Virus record (IMG/VR): IMGVR_UViG_2739367553_000005
Location: 1-64,000 of that record
Source: a virus
Lineage: Duplodnaviria; Caudoviricetes
Reading direction: 5' to 3' (one strand)
DNA: 64,000 nucleotides
The position numbers were made by a program, and so were the translations under genes. The notes beneath the pieces are model-generated. The model was not told the DNA's origin, ran no database searches, and saw nothing but the letters and a program-made list of their open reading frames with translations. This document shows positions 10,458 to 19,881 of this stretch, piece by piece. Position 1 is the stretch's first letter, and every line of letters begins with the position of its first letter.

Positions 10458-10781
10458 TTATAATAAAGTCTTTGCCATAGGCACCACATCAAAATAAAGG
10501 TCATCCTCACTCTGGTATCCCCGGGATATCCCGTTTTCAGAATGAGAACTCTGCCCCTCACTTCCCTGCTTCGCCCAATAATAAACAGCGGCATCAAAGA
10601 CCATATCTCGGTACTTTGAAACCGCCGCTGCCTTTTGCTTGTCAGTATACCCATAAGGATAACGCTTAGAGCATATCTTGCGAATTGCCCGATTAATGAG
10701 AATGAGCAGAACCGGATTATCCTGTTCGCTTACTTCGTCACCAAGATATGTACTTACATCAGCCAGAATATCCGTCTCCAC
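10458..10781 (-). CDS. head-tail connector (gp6/gp15-like)
   Basis: 107 aa; GSEGQSSHSENGISRGY motif; follows the capsid gene. Confidence 0.8.
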   Translation of the reverse strand: METDILADVSTYLGDEVSEQDNPVLLILINRAIRKICSKRYPYGYTDKQKAAAVSKYRDMVFDAAVYYWAKQGSEGQSSHSENGISRGYQSEDDLYFDVVPMAKTLL

Positions 10782-10798
10782 TCACTTCACCGCCTTTC

Positions 10799-12118
10799 TT
10801 AAGCTTTAGCTGTTACTGTGGTGTTACCAGCCTTAATGGCTTTATATGTGGAATCACATTCAACAATGGTAATAATCTTACCAGTTGTAGCTGTGATGTC
10901 CGCGCTACCGTCCCAAGCTGACCACGTCTGAACATTCTGACCATAAATTACTGTGGTAGCTGCATCAGCAATTTTGTATTTATAAAGATTTCCGCTTGAT
11001 TTTGCGGGGGTAATAGTTACCTTGGTATCACCAGAAGCTGTACCTGCTACGGAATTAACCGTCAAAGTTCCTAGCGTTCCGGAGCCAGTTAAGACAGTTG
11101 CAATTACAATCCCATAGGGATCAGGTAATACTGGAATAAACATGCCGGAAGCTTTTGTCCACTTGGCTACCGGATCCTGTGTTGACCACATAGTCACTGT
11201 GACAAACATTTTTTCCAAAGCTTCCTGAAATGCAGCATACTCAGCCTCTTCAGGTGTTGGGCCCCAGAGACCAATACCTGCACTTCCAGAAACATCGGCA
11301 GTATAAAACGTTACCTTATCCTCATCAAAATATCTATTATTTGCCTTTGTACCACTAGAATTCACGTATGCAAACATTTCATCACAAGAAATCACCTGCA
11401 ACTTAAACTCTTCCTGTAACATTCTTTGTAGTTCAGCCATGGTGACCAATTTACCTACATTAGTTGCACCATAAATAGCAATCTGCATAGATTTGTTTTT
11501 CCTGATACGCTGTACCTGTGTGTCAGAGGTCAGCATACGATTAGCAATCTTTCCCTGATCTTTAAGGATTTTAACGGCTTTCTGGATATCAGAAAAGATA
11601 TCATACTCTGGATCAGACCAGTTGCCAAAGTTGATTTTCTGCTCAGCAGGAATTCCGAAATCAATAGTCATATCAAGGTTGTTCTCCTTGATTTTCATGA
11701 TTCCTGTACTCATTAGATTTCCTTTAGCGATCTTGGTTCTGGTGACGACACTGTCGGACAAACGTCCCATATCATCGAATACCCACTTGATTAAACCATC
11801 ATCATCAGGCACGCCATTGGTAATGTACATCTGCAGCTGCTCTGACTGATTGATTTTCTCTTTGATGAAGAGTTTTTCAGTCAGCACCTTTTCAAATGTA
11901 GGCCGGGTGCCGATATGCGCTTCAGTATCCAAAGCATGTACAAACGCCGGTGTCGGCAGGTTCTGCCCCTGCATCAATCTGTAATACTCTGCTTTGAAAT
12001 GCTGAGTCTTAATATCCGGGAAAATGGTATCCAGAACAGTCGGTCTCGCAACTGCAAAGTTCTGAGCAAAGTTAAGTCTTTCTTCTACGCTAATAGCGTC
12101 CAATACATTAAATGGCAT
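10799..12118 (-). CDS. major capsid protein with C-terminal beta-rich (Ig-like) extension
   Basis: 439 aa; major capsid protein E-like core; last ~95 aa Thr/Gly-rich beta domain after GSGTLGTL. Confidence 0.85.
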   Translation of the reverse strand: MPFNVLDAISVEERLNFAQNFAVARPTVLDTIFPDIKTQHFKAEYYRLMQGQNLPTPAFVHALDTEAHIGTRPTFEKVLTEKLFIKEKINQSEQLQMYITNGVPDDDGLIKWVFDDMGRLSDSVVTRTKIAKGNLMSTGIMKIKENNLDMTIDFGIPAEQKINFGNWSDPEYDIFSDIQKAVKILKDQGKIANRMLTSDTQVQRIRKNKSMQIAIYGATNVGKLVTMAELQRMLQEEFKLQVISCDEMFAYVNSSGTKANNRYFDEDKVTFYTADVSGSAGIGLWGPTPEEAEYAAFQEALEKMFVTVTMWSTQDPVAKWTKASGMFIPVLPDPYGIVIATVLTGSGTLGTLTVNSVAGTASGDTKVTITPAKSSGNLYKYKIADAATTVIYGQNVQTWSAWDGSADITATTGKIITIVECDSTYKAIKAGNTTVTAKA

Positions 12119-12133
12119 CTCAGTACCTCCTGA

Positions 12134-12478
12134 TTAAAATTCAACTTCGGGAGCATCAAGGATTACAAACCCTTTTGCTGCCAAAGCTGTTTTGGCTGCC
12201 GATGTTAATTCGGTCTTTAATCTGTTTCCATAAATTCTTCCTGCTTTTATTACACTTGTAGGACGCTTTGTATCGTCAGTCATATCGACAGTCTCGAAAA
12301 TAATGCCTGTTGCATTACCATCATTAGATGGAAACGCCGTTCCACCGTAAATCAGCTTTTTGCTGTCTACAGTGGTAGCCATAGCCTGAGTAACCATTTC
12401 AGTTTTCTGTACCAGTCCTACAGCACTTTCCAAAAAATTGGGGAGTATTTCTCCCTGAATTACTTTCATGTAAGCCAT
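12134..12478 (-). CDS. head decoration / minor capsid protein
   Basis: 114 aa between scaffold and capsid genes; GTAFPSNDGNATGI. Confidence 0.6.
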   Translation of the reverse strand: MAYMKVIQGEILPNFLESAVGLVQKTEMVTQAMATTVDSKKLIYGGTAFPSNDGNATGIIFETVDMTDDTKRPTSVIKAGRIYGNRLKTELTSAAKTALAAKGFVILDAPEVEF

Positions 12479-12490
12479 TTCATGTCCTCC

Positions 12491-13102
12491 TTAAATTAAT
12501 GTTCCCGGCTGAGTACCGACAATAGGTGTCGCAACCGGCTGCGGATTTTTATTCTGGCAATACTGTTTTGCATATTCGGCTGCAGCACTCTTCTTGCCCG
12601 GGTCCGTATTTGCCGGTGGATCTCCTGCGCCCGGATTCGGTGTATTTTCGAAAGTTTCTTTTTGCCATTGAGTTTTATTTGCCTCATCACGCTTAGAAAT
12701 CCCGGCTACAAATGCTTCCGCACTGGTCTTGGCAGATTCCAAACCCAAAGCAGATAAAGCATTCAGCATTCCTGAAAACTCATCTCCGGATAAATTAGCC
12801 TTTGCAAAAATACCTTGAACAGCTGATTGTGTAAGCTGTTTTTGTAGTTCTGCAGTAGCTTTTTCGGCTGCTTCCCTTGCCTTCTTTTCCTTTTCCAGTT
12901 CTGTAAGATTCTGCTGTTCAATTTCATCAAGCTTTGTCTGCAGGTCCCCAGCCTTTTTAGCTTCTTCTTTCCATTTATCAGCATCGTCTTGGATTTTTTT
13001 CACTTCTCCGTTATGCTGATTTAGGTAGTTCGTAACCTGATCATCGGTCGGTTCAGCAACTCCAAGGGCAATTAAATTCTTTTTAGCCTGTTCTCTAGTC
13101 AT
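12491..13102 (-). CDS. capsid scaffolding protein
   Basis: 203 aa, coiled-coil ELEKEKKAREAAEK, C-terminal TPNPG. Confidence 0.75.
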   Translation of the reverse strand: MTREQAKKNLIALGVAEPTDDQVTNYLNQHNGEVKKIQDDADKWKEEAKKAGDLQTKLDEIEQQNLTELEKEKKAREAAEKATAELQKQLTQSAVQGIFAKANLSGDEFSGMLNALSALGLESAKTSAEAFVAGISKRDEANKTQWQKETFENTPNPGAGDPPANTDPGKKSAAAEYAKQYCQNKNPQPVATPIVGTQPGTLI

Positions 13103-13206
13103 AATAATTTCCTCCTTTTATCCACGCTTTTGGTTACGCAGGTCGCACCTGCTGGATTTTGCCATTTACGGATGGCTCCAAATTTTAAATAAAAAAAGAA
13201 AAGCAG

Positions 13207-14652
13207 CTACGCTTCTCCTGTTTTAACTGAATTATTCGGTTGATTCTTCAACAACTCATATGCTCTCAGTTTTTCTGTTTCAACATCAAGCTGATCCTGA
13301 GTTTTAAATATGGTATCCATGTATGGTTTGCTCATTATCCATACTTTTTCAGGATCTCCAAATAAACCGCAAGTGGCTAAAGCAATTAACGGATTTACTT
13401 TATTTTTCAATAAGTAATCTAAGGATTGAGCTTTGACAAGCATGTTATCCGTAGAATTTCGTGTAATCTTTACATCGAAATCCCTTACAGTCAAAGGAAC
13501 GTCATTCGTTGTTTGCTTGATGATGTTTAAAACAATTTGACAATGCTTCTTTTCCGCTTCGATGATAAATGGTTCATCAAGCTTTGCCCTTTGTTCTGCA
13601 AAATCCCAGCCATTTCTAAGGTACACCGCCTGACCAGTATCCCCTCCGGAATTTTGCTGACGATCTGGCATTCCTTCAACCACAAGAACCTGACGGTACA
13701 CATCATCTTTTGATACCTGAGTTTGTTCCTGGTTAAGCTCAGCAGTCATAAGTTTAACATCAGACTTATTGGTTTGCGTTGAATCTTTAACCTGTATTGC
13801 TCCCAACTGGCTCATTTCTATAAATTCATCTTTGTTGATTTCACAGTTTTTGAATAGCATAAACGCCTGGACAAACTGTTCTATACCATTCATTCGGTCA
13901 GACTGAATTTTATTTATTTGATCCAGTGCTGTAATAACAATTTCAATATCTGATAATCGATCCGGATTGTTTGGATATTCCGTTATGGGAATTCCTCCAA
14001 ACCCATTTATGCCGGCTTTAGTTATTTGGCCATTTTTAATTATGAAATATTTATCATCTGAGAAACAAAGATAATATTGCTCCTCATTTTCATCTTTTAG
14101 CTGCTGAATAGAAAGCATATCACGTCCATCTTCCAGCGAATAGACAATTATCGTATTCAAAGGTGTGGGGACGTGAATCCTAAATGGTATGAGGCTATTT
14201 TTTTCAGCCTTTAAACTTGCCTTATAAGCGGTTCCAACAGAACTTTGCCATGTACCGAGTTCTATGTCTCTCGCCTGCTTATGAGCGTCTCTCATATAAT
14301 CGTTAAGAGCATCAACAGCTTTATTGATGGCATCATCCTTTTTGCGGCTTACATATTGAATAGGCTCGCCGTATGTTTGCCCTGCTTTAAAACGAACAAT
14401 TTCTAAAGCATGATTTTCAACCGTTTTATTATTAATTTCTGGACGTACTGTTTTTTCTCGGTAAAGAATTGGTTGATCTCCCATGTAATAATCATGTAGG
14501 TATCGAATGAACGGTCTGTTATAGTTCAAGACGCCGACTGCTTTACCTACTACTTTTAAAACATTTTCATGTGTGATAACAGAAGCGCCAGTATAAGCTA
14601 CCTTTCGCCCAAATGATCCTTTACAGATATCTACGAAGCTACGTCTATTCAT
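13207..14652 (-). CDS. portal protein (SPP1 gp6-like)
   Basis: 481 aa; YYMGDQPIL, GIPITEYPNN...SDIE motifs. Confidence 0.9.
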   Translation of the reverse strand: MNRRSFVDICKGSFGRKVAYTGASVITHENVLKVVGKAVGVLNYNRPFIRYLHDYYMGDQPILYREKTVRPEINNKTVENHALEIVRFKAGQTYGEPIQYVSRKKDDAINKAVDALNDYMRDAHKQARDIELGTWQSSVGTAYKASLKAEKNSLIPFRIHVPTPLNTIIVYSLEDGRDMLSIQQLKDENEEQYYLCFSDDKYFIIKNGQITKAGINGFGGIPITEYPNNPDRLSDIEIVITALDQINKIQSDRMNGIEQFVQAFMLFKNCEINKDEFIEMSQLGAIQVKDSTQTNKSDVKLMTAELNQEQTQVSKDDVYRQVLVVEGMPDRQQNSGGDTGQAVYLRNGWDFAEQRAKLDEPFIIEAEKKHCQIVLNIIKQTTNDVPLTVRDFDVKITRNSTDNMLVKAQSLDYLLKNKVNPLIALATCGLFGDPEKVWIMSKPYMDTIFKTQDQLDVETEKLRAYELLKNQPNNSVKTGEA

Positions 14653-14780
14653 CCGCTTTTCACCTTCTTAGTTTTAAAAACCACTCCACTGGAACACTTC
14701 CACTCAGGATGTTGGGAATTCCGGTCTCTCCATATAGAATCTTTTTTAATCTTTAAAGACTTATCAGTTTTATTTTCCAT
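14649..14780 (-). CDS. small pre-portal phage protein (MENKTDK...CSSGVVFKTKKVKSG)
   Basis: ATG at 14780; stop overlaps the portal start; homologous remnant at 1074-1143. Confidence 0.5.
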   Translation of the reverse strand: MENKTDKSLKIKKDSIWRDRNSQHPEWKCSSGVVFKTKKVKSG

Positions 14781-14842
14781 AAATTCACCCACGAAAAATG
14801 CGCCCAGCCTTAGCCAAGCGCACGCTGATATACTTTTCACTG

Positions 14843-14881
14843 ATATCATAATAACATATTATGGATGGGAAATGTGGGAAT
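14843..14881 (-). promoter_or_regulatory. late promoter candidate, copy upstream of the portal block
   Basis: minus strand ATTCCCACATTTCCCATCCATAATATGTTATTATGATAT; extended -10 TGnTATTAT; 33/39 identical to 34706-34744. Confidence 0.7.
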
Positions 14882-14940
14882 CTTATACTTACTTATATAT
14901 CTATGATATCACACTTTCCTTTACTCGATAATTGATATTT

Positions 14941-15915
14941 TTAATCTTCGTCATTGATATCAGATAATCTAAATGGAATAATTTTATCATCACAAAATCC
15001 ACAGTTTATAAGTTTCCTTTTAAAAACTTTAAAGTCCACCTTTTTATAGCTATGTAAATGAATACGCACATTAGACACATCTAATTTCTCCACTATTTTA
15101 TTTAGATAATACATATCAACATCTGCAAAAGAAAATCCATGTACATAAATATCAGTAACATTACTATTATATAAGGCGTTAAAGAAATCAATATGCTCTT
15201 CGTATATATTTTTAGTGTCCTTTCTATAGTAATCGCATATTTGTGCAATATATTGATGGCATGGAAAGAAAATGTCATATTCTTCTTCGGTCGGATATTT
15301 ATATTTCCCCGCGTGACCAACAATCAAGGTATCATTTTTAGAGGATTGCCCGTGTATATGGCAAATATTATTAACATTATAGTATGTTTCAAGTGTATCA
15401 GTATAATTGAAATTCAAAAAATAATCATGATCATGATCGACTAATACCATTAGCTCTTTTGAGATTGTCTTAGGATGCGAAATATCAATTTCTGTAGCCC
15501 AACTACTAAATAATTTGTTTATTAAAACGTGGGCAAAATCTCTCATTCCTACAGCTATATCCTCAGCACAAAGCATAATTTCCCTATCATTAAAGCCAAA
15601 ATCATTGTAATAGAGACATTCTTTTTTAATTATGGATATCCAATCAAGTTTTGATAAAGCAGATTCAAATTGATTCCAATTACTTCCAACGACATCATAA
15701 ATTAATGCATAGAAAAAACGAGCCATTTCTTCAAGATTGTAAGATTCTAACCTTTTATAATTAGTACTATATTGAGGTATTGTTCCAAATTCGTCTAATG
15801 ATTCGTCATCATCATCATCATATTTATTATTTAGCCAAACTTTAAAATCATTAAAACATGTTTTAAAATCGTGTGCCAAATCAAAACCATTACCAAAAAC
15901 AAATAGATTACTCAT
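14941..15915 (-). CDS. abiH: AbiH-family abortive infection protein
   Basis: LFVFGNGFDLAH, FLNFNYTDTLE, ICHIHG, VHGFSF..VDMYY motifs. Confidence 0.85.
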   Translation of the reverse strand: MSNLFVFGNGFDLAHDFKTCFNDFKVWLNNKYDDDDDESLDEFGTIPQYSTNYKRLESYNLEEMARFFYALIYDVVGSNWNQFESALSKLDWISIIKKECLYYNDFGFNDREIMLCAEDIAVGMRDFAHVLINKLFSSWATEIDISHPKTISKELMVLVDHDHDYFLNFNYTDTLETYYNVNNICHIHGQSSKNDTLIVGHAGKYKYPTEEEYDIFFPCHQYIAQICDYYRKDTKNIYEEHIDFFNALYNSNVTDIYVHGFSFADVDMYYLNKIVEKLDVSNVRIHLHSYKKVDFKVFKRKLINCGFCDDKIIPFRLSDINDED

Positions 15916-16014
15916 TATACAATTGCTCCTTATTCAGTAATATATCAATATTATAATTACAAATTATAAAATATACAAGCAAAAAGAGATATTATTCTTT
16001 TTAAACATAATTCT

Positions 16015-16029
16015 GTAAATAGCAATTTA
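16015..16029 (+). other. NSNL-type recombination site copy S1
   Basis: GTAAATAGCAATTTA, 14/15 identical to the fibre-switch repeat. Confidence 0.6.
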
Positions 16030-16046
16030 TGTGACTTGATTTCAAC

Positions 16047-16086
16047 AAAAAAACTACTAACTTAATATTTAGTTAGTAGTTTTTTT
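16047..16086. terminator. bidirectional terminator, hairpin family copy 2
   Basis: AAAAAAACTACTAACT-TAATATTT-AGTTAGTAGTTTTTTT. Confidence 0.75.
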
Positions 16087-16717
16087 ATAGCATAATTTGT
16101 TTTTTAATTTTTTCTTCAACTTTATTCCTATTTATTTGGATTTCTTGACATTTTAAATTTTCAAAAGCAGTTTCAAGTTCTATTTTTATTCGTTCTTCTC
16201 CCACAAGTTTTTGAGCTTCTTTAAATGATATTTTTTCGTCTTCTACCACTTGCTTCATTTTTGTCAAAAGTATGTTATATTGATACATTGTAAACAGTAA
16301 TTTCTGATAGCAGAAAACAAAATCTCCCAAAATAATTGATTCCTCAGCAGAAAAAACAAACTTAATTTTAGTTGAAACCTCCTTGAGGCTTTCTAGCTTT
16401 TTTAATAATTCTTTGTGACTTTCTCCGTATAAAGGCTCATTAATTGCAGGAGTTATTCTTTCTAAATAAGAGTTATTTGTCAACCACGCAAACTGCATTT
16501 CAATTGAAAATATGGGTTCATCTGTTTTATAATCAATTATCTTGCTATTTTCCCTATATAACTGAAGTAACCCATTTGCAATTATGTAACTTTCTAACCG
16601 CTTATCAAACAAATGCTGTTTGTTACTTAATTTCATCTGTCTATTACTTAATACTAAAGCTGCAAGTGCAGCAAAAGCGGTAACTAACGATATTATAATG
16701 TCCCAGTTTATTTCCAT
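16085..16717 (-). CDS. hypothetical protein with N-terminal transmembrane helix (accessory)
   Basis: 210 aa; IIISLVTAFAALAALVLS followed by a helical domain; very AT-rich. Confidence 0.7.
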   Translation of the reverse strand: MEINWDIIISLVTAFAALAALVLSNRQMKLSNKQHLFDKRLESYIIANGLLQLYRENSKIIDYKTDEPIFSIEMQFAWLTNNSYLERITPAINEPLYGESHKELLKKLESLKEVSTKIKFVFSAEESIILGDFVFCYQKLLFTMYQYNILLTKMKQVVEDEKISFKEAQKLVGEERIKIELETAFENLKCQEIQINRNKVEEKIKKQIML

Positions 16718-16846
16718 GTTTATTACCTTTCCATAAAATTGCTAAATTATTTACTAATAGTTATATTCTAACACAATACTACTAACTTACAATATTAAAT
16801 TTTTAATGTACATGAATACATATTTCCCTCTTCAAATGATCATTTA

Positions 16847-17269
16847 CTAAGTGATTTTTTGAATTGTGAGTACAGTATCCGTTGCAGATAAATATCCAAA
16901 TATACTGCAAGTGCCACCAGAACTTGAACCATATAATCTTAATATCATACTATTTATGGATTTCGCATTTAAAGATATTTCCCTGTATGCTTGTTCCGTT
17001 GCATTCCAGTAGTAATTATGGGTAACAAGATTGTTACCACACGATACTGTTAGATATAAAAACTCATTAGCCAACTGTAAGCCGTGAAAGGCAGCATTTA
17101 TAATATATGTTCCCGGGGGCACTGTGATCGTACCATCTGCATTTATTGTATAAAAATTGTTTTGATTTTCTAATACACGGGTCATCGGTATTGTTGTAGC
17201 AGTATTAGCAAGTGTTACAGATTCGTCACGAATTGCAAACTTTCCTCTCATTGTTAAATTGCTATTATA
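16847..17269 (-). CDS. orphan tail-fibre tip cassette C (begins at a YNSNL site)
   Basis: beta-rich ~140 aa (GTITVPPGTYIINA) in frame with AATAGCAATTTA at 17255-17266. Confidence 0.6.
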   Translation of the reverse strand, partial: YNSNLTMRGKFAIRDESVTLANTATTIPMTRVLENQNNFYTINADGTITVPPGTYIINAAFHGLQLANEFLYLTVSCGNNLVTHNYYWNATEQAYREISLNAKSINSMILRLYGSSSGGTCSIFGYLSATDTVLTIQKIT

Positions 17270-17488
17270 CACATAAACAATTCTTTTGACTTTGCCGATA
17301 TTCTTATTAAAACAAATGGTGAAATAGTACTTTTTTGCCAATTATATAATGAGAACTCCGCAATCACTCCTTTAGAATTGGAATACTCTTTATAATTGCT
17401 ATCTTCGAACATATGTTTGATTTTTAGTAAAAAATATGATATTCTATAGAAAGACAAATTTAATATATTTTATTAAGGAGTCAAATAA

Positions 17489-17704
17489 ATGCTAAATAAT
17501 TGTGAAAAAAATGAATGTTTAACTTTTCTTGAGACTGGTCTAAATGCTTTAGAGAAAATTGACTGGTACGGAGAAACTGAATTTGCATGTCCTATATGTG
17601 GATATGATAAAGCGAATGCGAAGAGAATTAAAACACCGAATAATATTAGAAATAAAGTCACATGGCTATACTGCGAAGAATGTGGTATGTTATTCCACGG
17701 GTGA
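17489..17704 (+). CDS. small zinc-ribbon protein
   Basis: CPICG...CEECG; RBS AAGGAG upstream. Confidence 0.6.
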   Translation: MLNNCEKNECLTFLETGLNALEKIDWYGETEFACPICGYDKANAKRIKTPNNIRNKVTWLYCEECGMLFHG

Positions 17705-18199
17705 AAGGAGTTCTTAAAAATGGCAGGAAATTGTGAACTTCATCCAGATATAAATCAATGTCCACATTTTGAACCTATTAAGGGCGAATACTGCATCAAA
17801 AATGAATTCTGCGGATTTTATGGGAAATCAAAGCCTCAAACTGAACCGAAATATATCAGGCAACCTCGTTGGTATGAAAAATATTATAAAAAGTAATTTA
17901 TGTAGAGTGGCCTCCTATTTATTTTTCTATATCTGCAGGAGTGATTATTATCATATCTCCATAGATAGCTGCTTCTAAAATCTGATTTGGTTGAAAATTT
18001 GTATGCGACATGCACAGATCATTAAGAGTTATTGATTTTCCATTATAAGGAATTACATTGATTGCTTTAAGTGTATTATCATTTATATTCATGTGGCTTT
18101 CCTTTCTGCCACTCTACACAATGATAATATCATAAATGCATAAAATATGAAAGAACTTTTTAGGCGGGTCCGAATGCCGGATACCCGCCATTAATCAAA

Positions 18200-19648
18200 C
18201 TATTCCCTTACCCTTACATAAACACGGCCAATAATGTTTCCTTCGGAATCCTTTGCGCTGATTAAAACCAATCCTTTGCTCAATGCTGTGACTTTTCCTT
18301 TTGTAGTTACATTTGCAATTGAAGAATCCATAGGAGCCCATGTGATATTTGCTGTGTTAGTAAAATCATCTGCTGTCAATCTGGCTGTCTCTCCAACTTT
18401 TAAATCAATAGCAAGTCTGTAATCGTCTGCATTTTCTACTACTAATACATTTATGTAGTCCGTATAGGATCCGTCCTGACTCTTAACTGTTATAACTGTA
18501 TTGCCAGGAGTCAGAGCTTTCACTATGCCTTTTTCATTTACTGTGGCAACCGATGGATCTGAAGAGGACCAGGCCATTTGTGTATTAACATTTAAGTCAT
18601 CATCTACACTTAATCGGAGTACTTCGGCAACCTCTAATACAACTTTCAATTTTGAGTCAGTTATCGGAGGGTTCTGAGACTCAGTAGGCGTTGCTGACGC
18701 TTCATTAGAATTGCCAATTTCTTTACCTGCATTTACGGCACTTACGATATAATAATATTTAGTACCATTTATAACACTAACATCTGAATAAAAAGTTTCG
18801 GTTAAATTCTCTGCAATGGTTTCGTACGGTCCTCCTTGTGTAGTAGACCTTTTAACCATATAATTTGTTGCATCACTTACAGCCGTCCATGTTAAATCTA
18901 CCTTTTTGTCTTCTACAGCTGATATATTTAAAATTGGAGCTACACTTTTAATCGTAAAATTTGTATAAGTAACCATCGGCTGTGAAAAATTATAAAAGCC
19001 AAAACTTCCGGAGTTATAGGTATTATCCATTACAGTTATATCATCCAGAATTTTACTTCCCTGTTTTATAATAATATTAATTTCACCTTTATCTGTAAAT
19101 GTAAGTGAAAAATTATAAGTAGTTTTATAGGAATATGCCATATTATTATGATATAGTGCCTTAATTTTATTATCACTTCCTGACGTAGACCAAAGGTCAG
19201 ATTCTTTAATAACAGAATCTGTATTAACAACCTTAATACTCATACCTTGTTTCCCAGTATCTCCAAATGTATTATCATACGTCCCCGATTGCTTCCAATC
19301 AAATAAATAATAATGTCCTATATCTCTATAACCAAAAACAAAACCGATAAAATCATCATCTTCTGCTGAATCTACGCTGAAAGTTCCCTCTATTTTTTTA
19401 TTAACACAATCTGCATTATTTATATAAGCTGAAGCTTTTGAATTAAGAGTTTGTGTAATAGTAGTATTTGAAGTTCCAAGCTTCCAGTTAGGGGTAGCAT
19501 GACCATCTCTATCCTTAGCCAATATTATACTACTCCAATCAGATAGATTCATTGGTTCATTTTCAGTTGCATATGAATTGAAATTAGCAAATATGAATAC
19601 AAAGGAAAAAATAAATATAAAACAAAATGACTTTTTTAAGCTTTTCAT
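18200..19648 (-). CDS. secreted protein: thrombospondin C-terminal-like lectin domain + FN3 + two Ig-like (Big_2) domains
   Basis: signal peptide; DDDFIGFVFGY, YYLFDWKQ, GSFGFYNFSQ; VDLTWTAV..YMVKRS..YYYIVSAVN; WSSSDPSVATVNEKGIVKAL. Confidence 0.75.
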   Translation of the reverse strand: MKSLKKSFCFIFIFSFVFIFANFNSYATENEPMNLSDWSSIILAKDRDGHATPNWKLGTSNTTITQTLNSKASAYINNADCVNKKIEGTFSVDSAEDDDFIGFVFGYRDIGHYYLFDWKQSGTYDNTFGDTGKQGMSIKVVNTDSVIKESDLWSTSGSDNKIKALYHNNMAYSYKTTYNFSLTFTDKGEINIIIKQGSKILDDITVMDNTYNSGSFGFYNFSQPMVTYTNFTIKSVAPILNISAVEDKKVDLTWTAVSDATNYMVKRSTTQGGPYETIAENLTETFYSDVSVINGTKYYYIVSAVNAGKEIGNSNEASATPTESQNPPITDSKLKVVLEVAEVLRLSVDDDLNVNTQMAWSSSDPSVATVNEKGIVKALTPGNTVITVKSQDGSYTDYINVLVVENADDYRLAIDLKVGETARLTADDFTNTANITWAPMDSSIANVTTKGKVTALSKGLVLISAKDSEGNIIGRVYVRVRE

Positions 19649-19881
19649 ACACGTACCTCCAAAATTTGTCTTTTAAAATATTATTGTTAAAGCAATCTAA
19701 ATCAATAAATAAAGTGCAGAAAAGAAAGCCATTTGAGTTTAACAAATGTCTTGTAAATTTTTAATTATAATCGATTATATTATTCTGGGATTTCAGCACT
19801 TGATTTATGTTTTAGAATGCATTTATATTATCATCTTATATCAGCCTGAACAATCGGTAACCTTGCCAAACAAATTTAGCA

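Noticed and set aside
16530-16545. AAAATAGCAAG (minus strand) within the 16085-16717 gene, and TCAATAGCAAG near 18405
   Set aside because: Short partial matches inside coding sequence without the flanking consensus.
17254-17457. 67-aa ORF with a GATAGCAATT partial site
   Set aside because: Overlaps cassette C in another frame; the match is too short.
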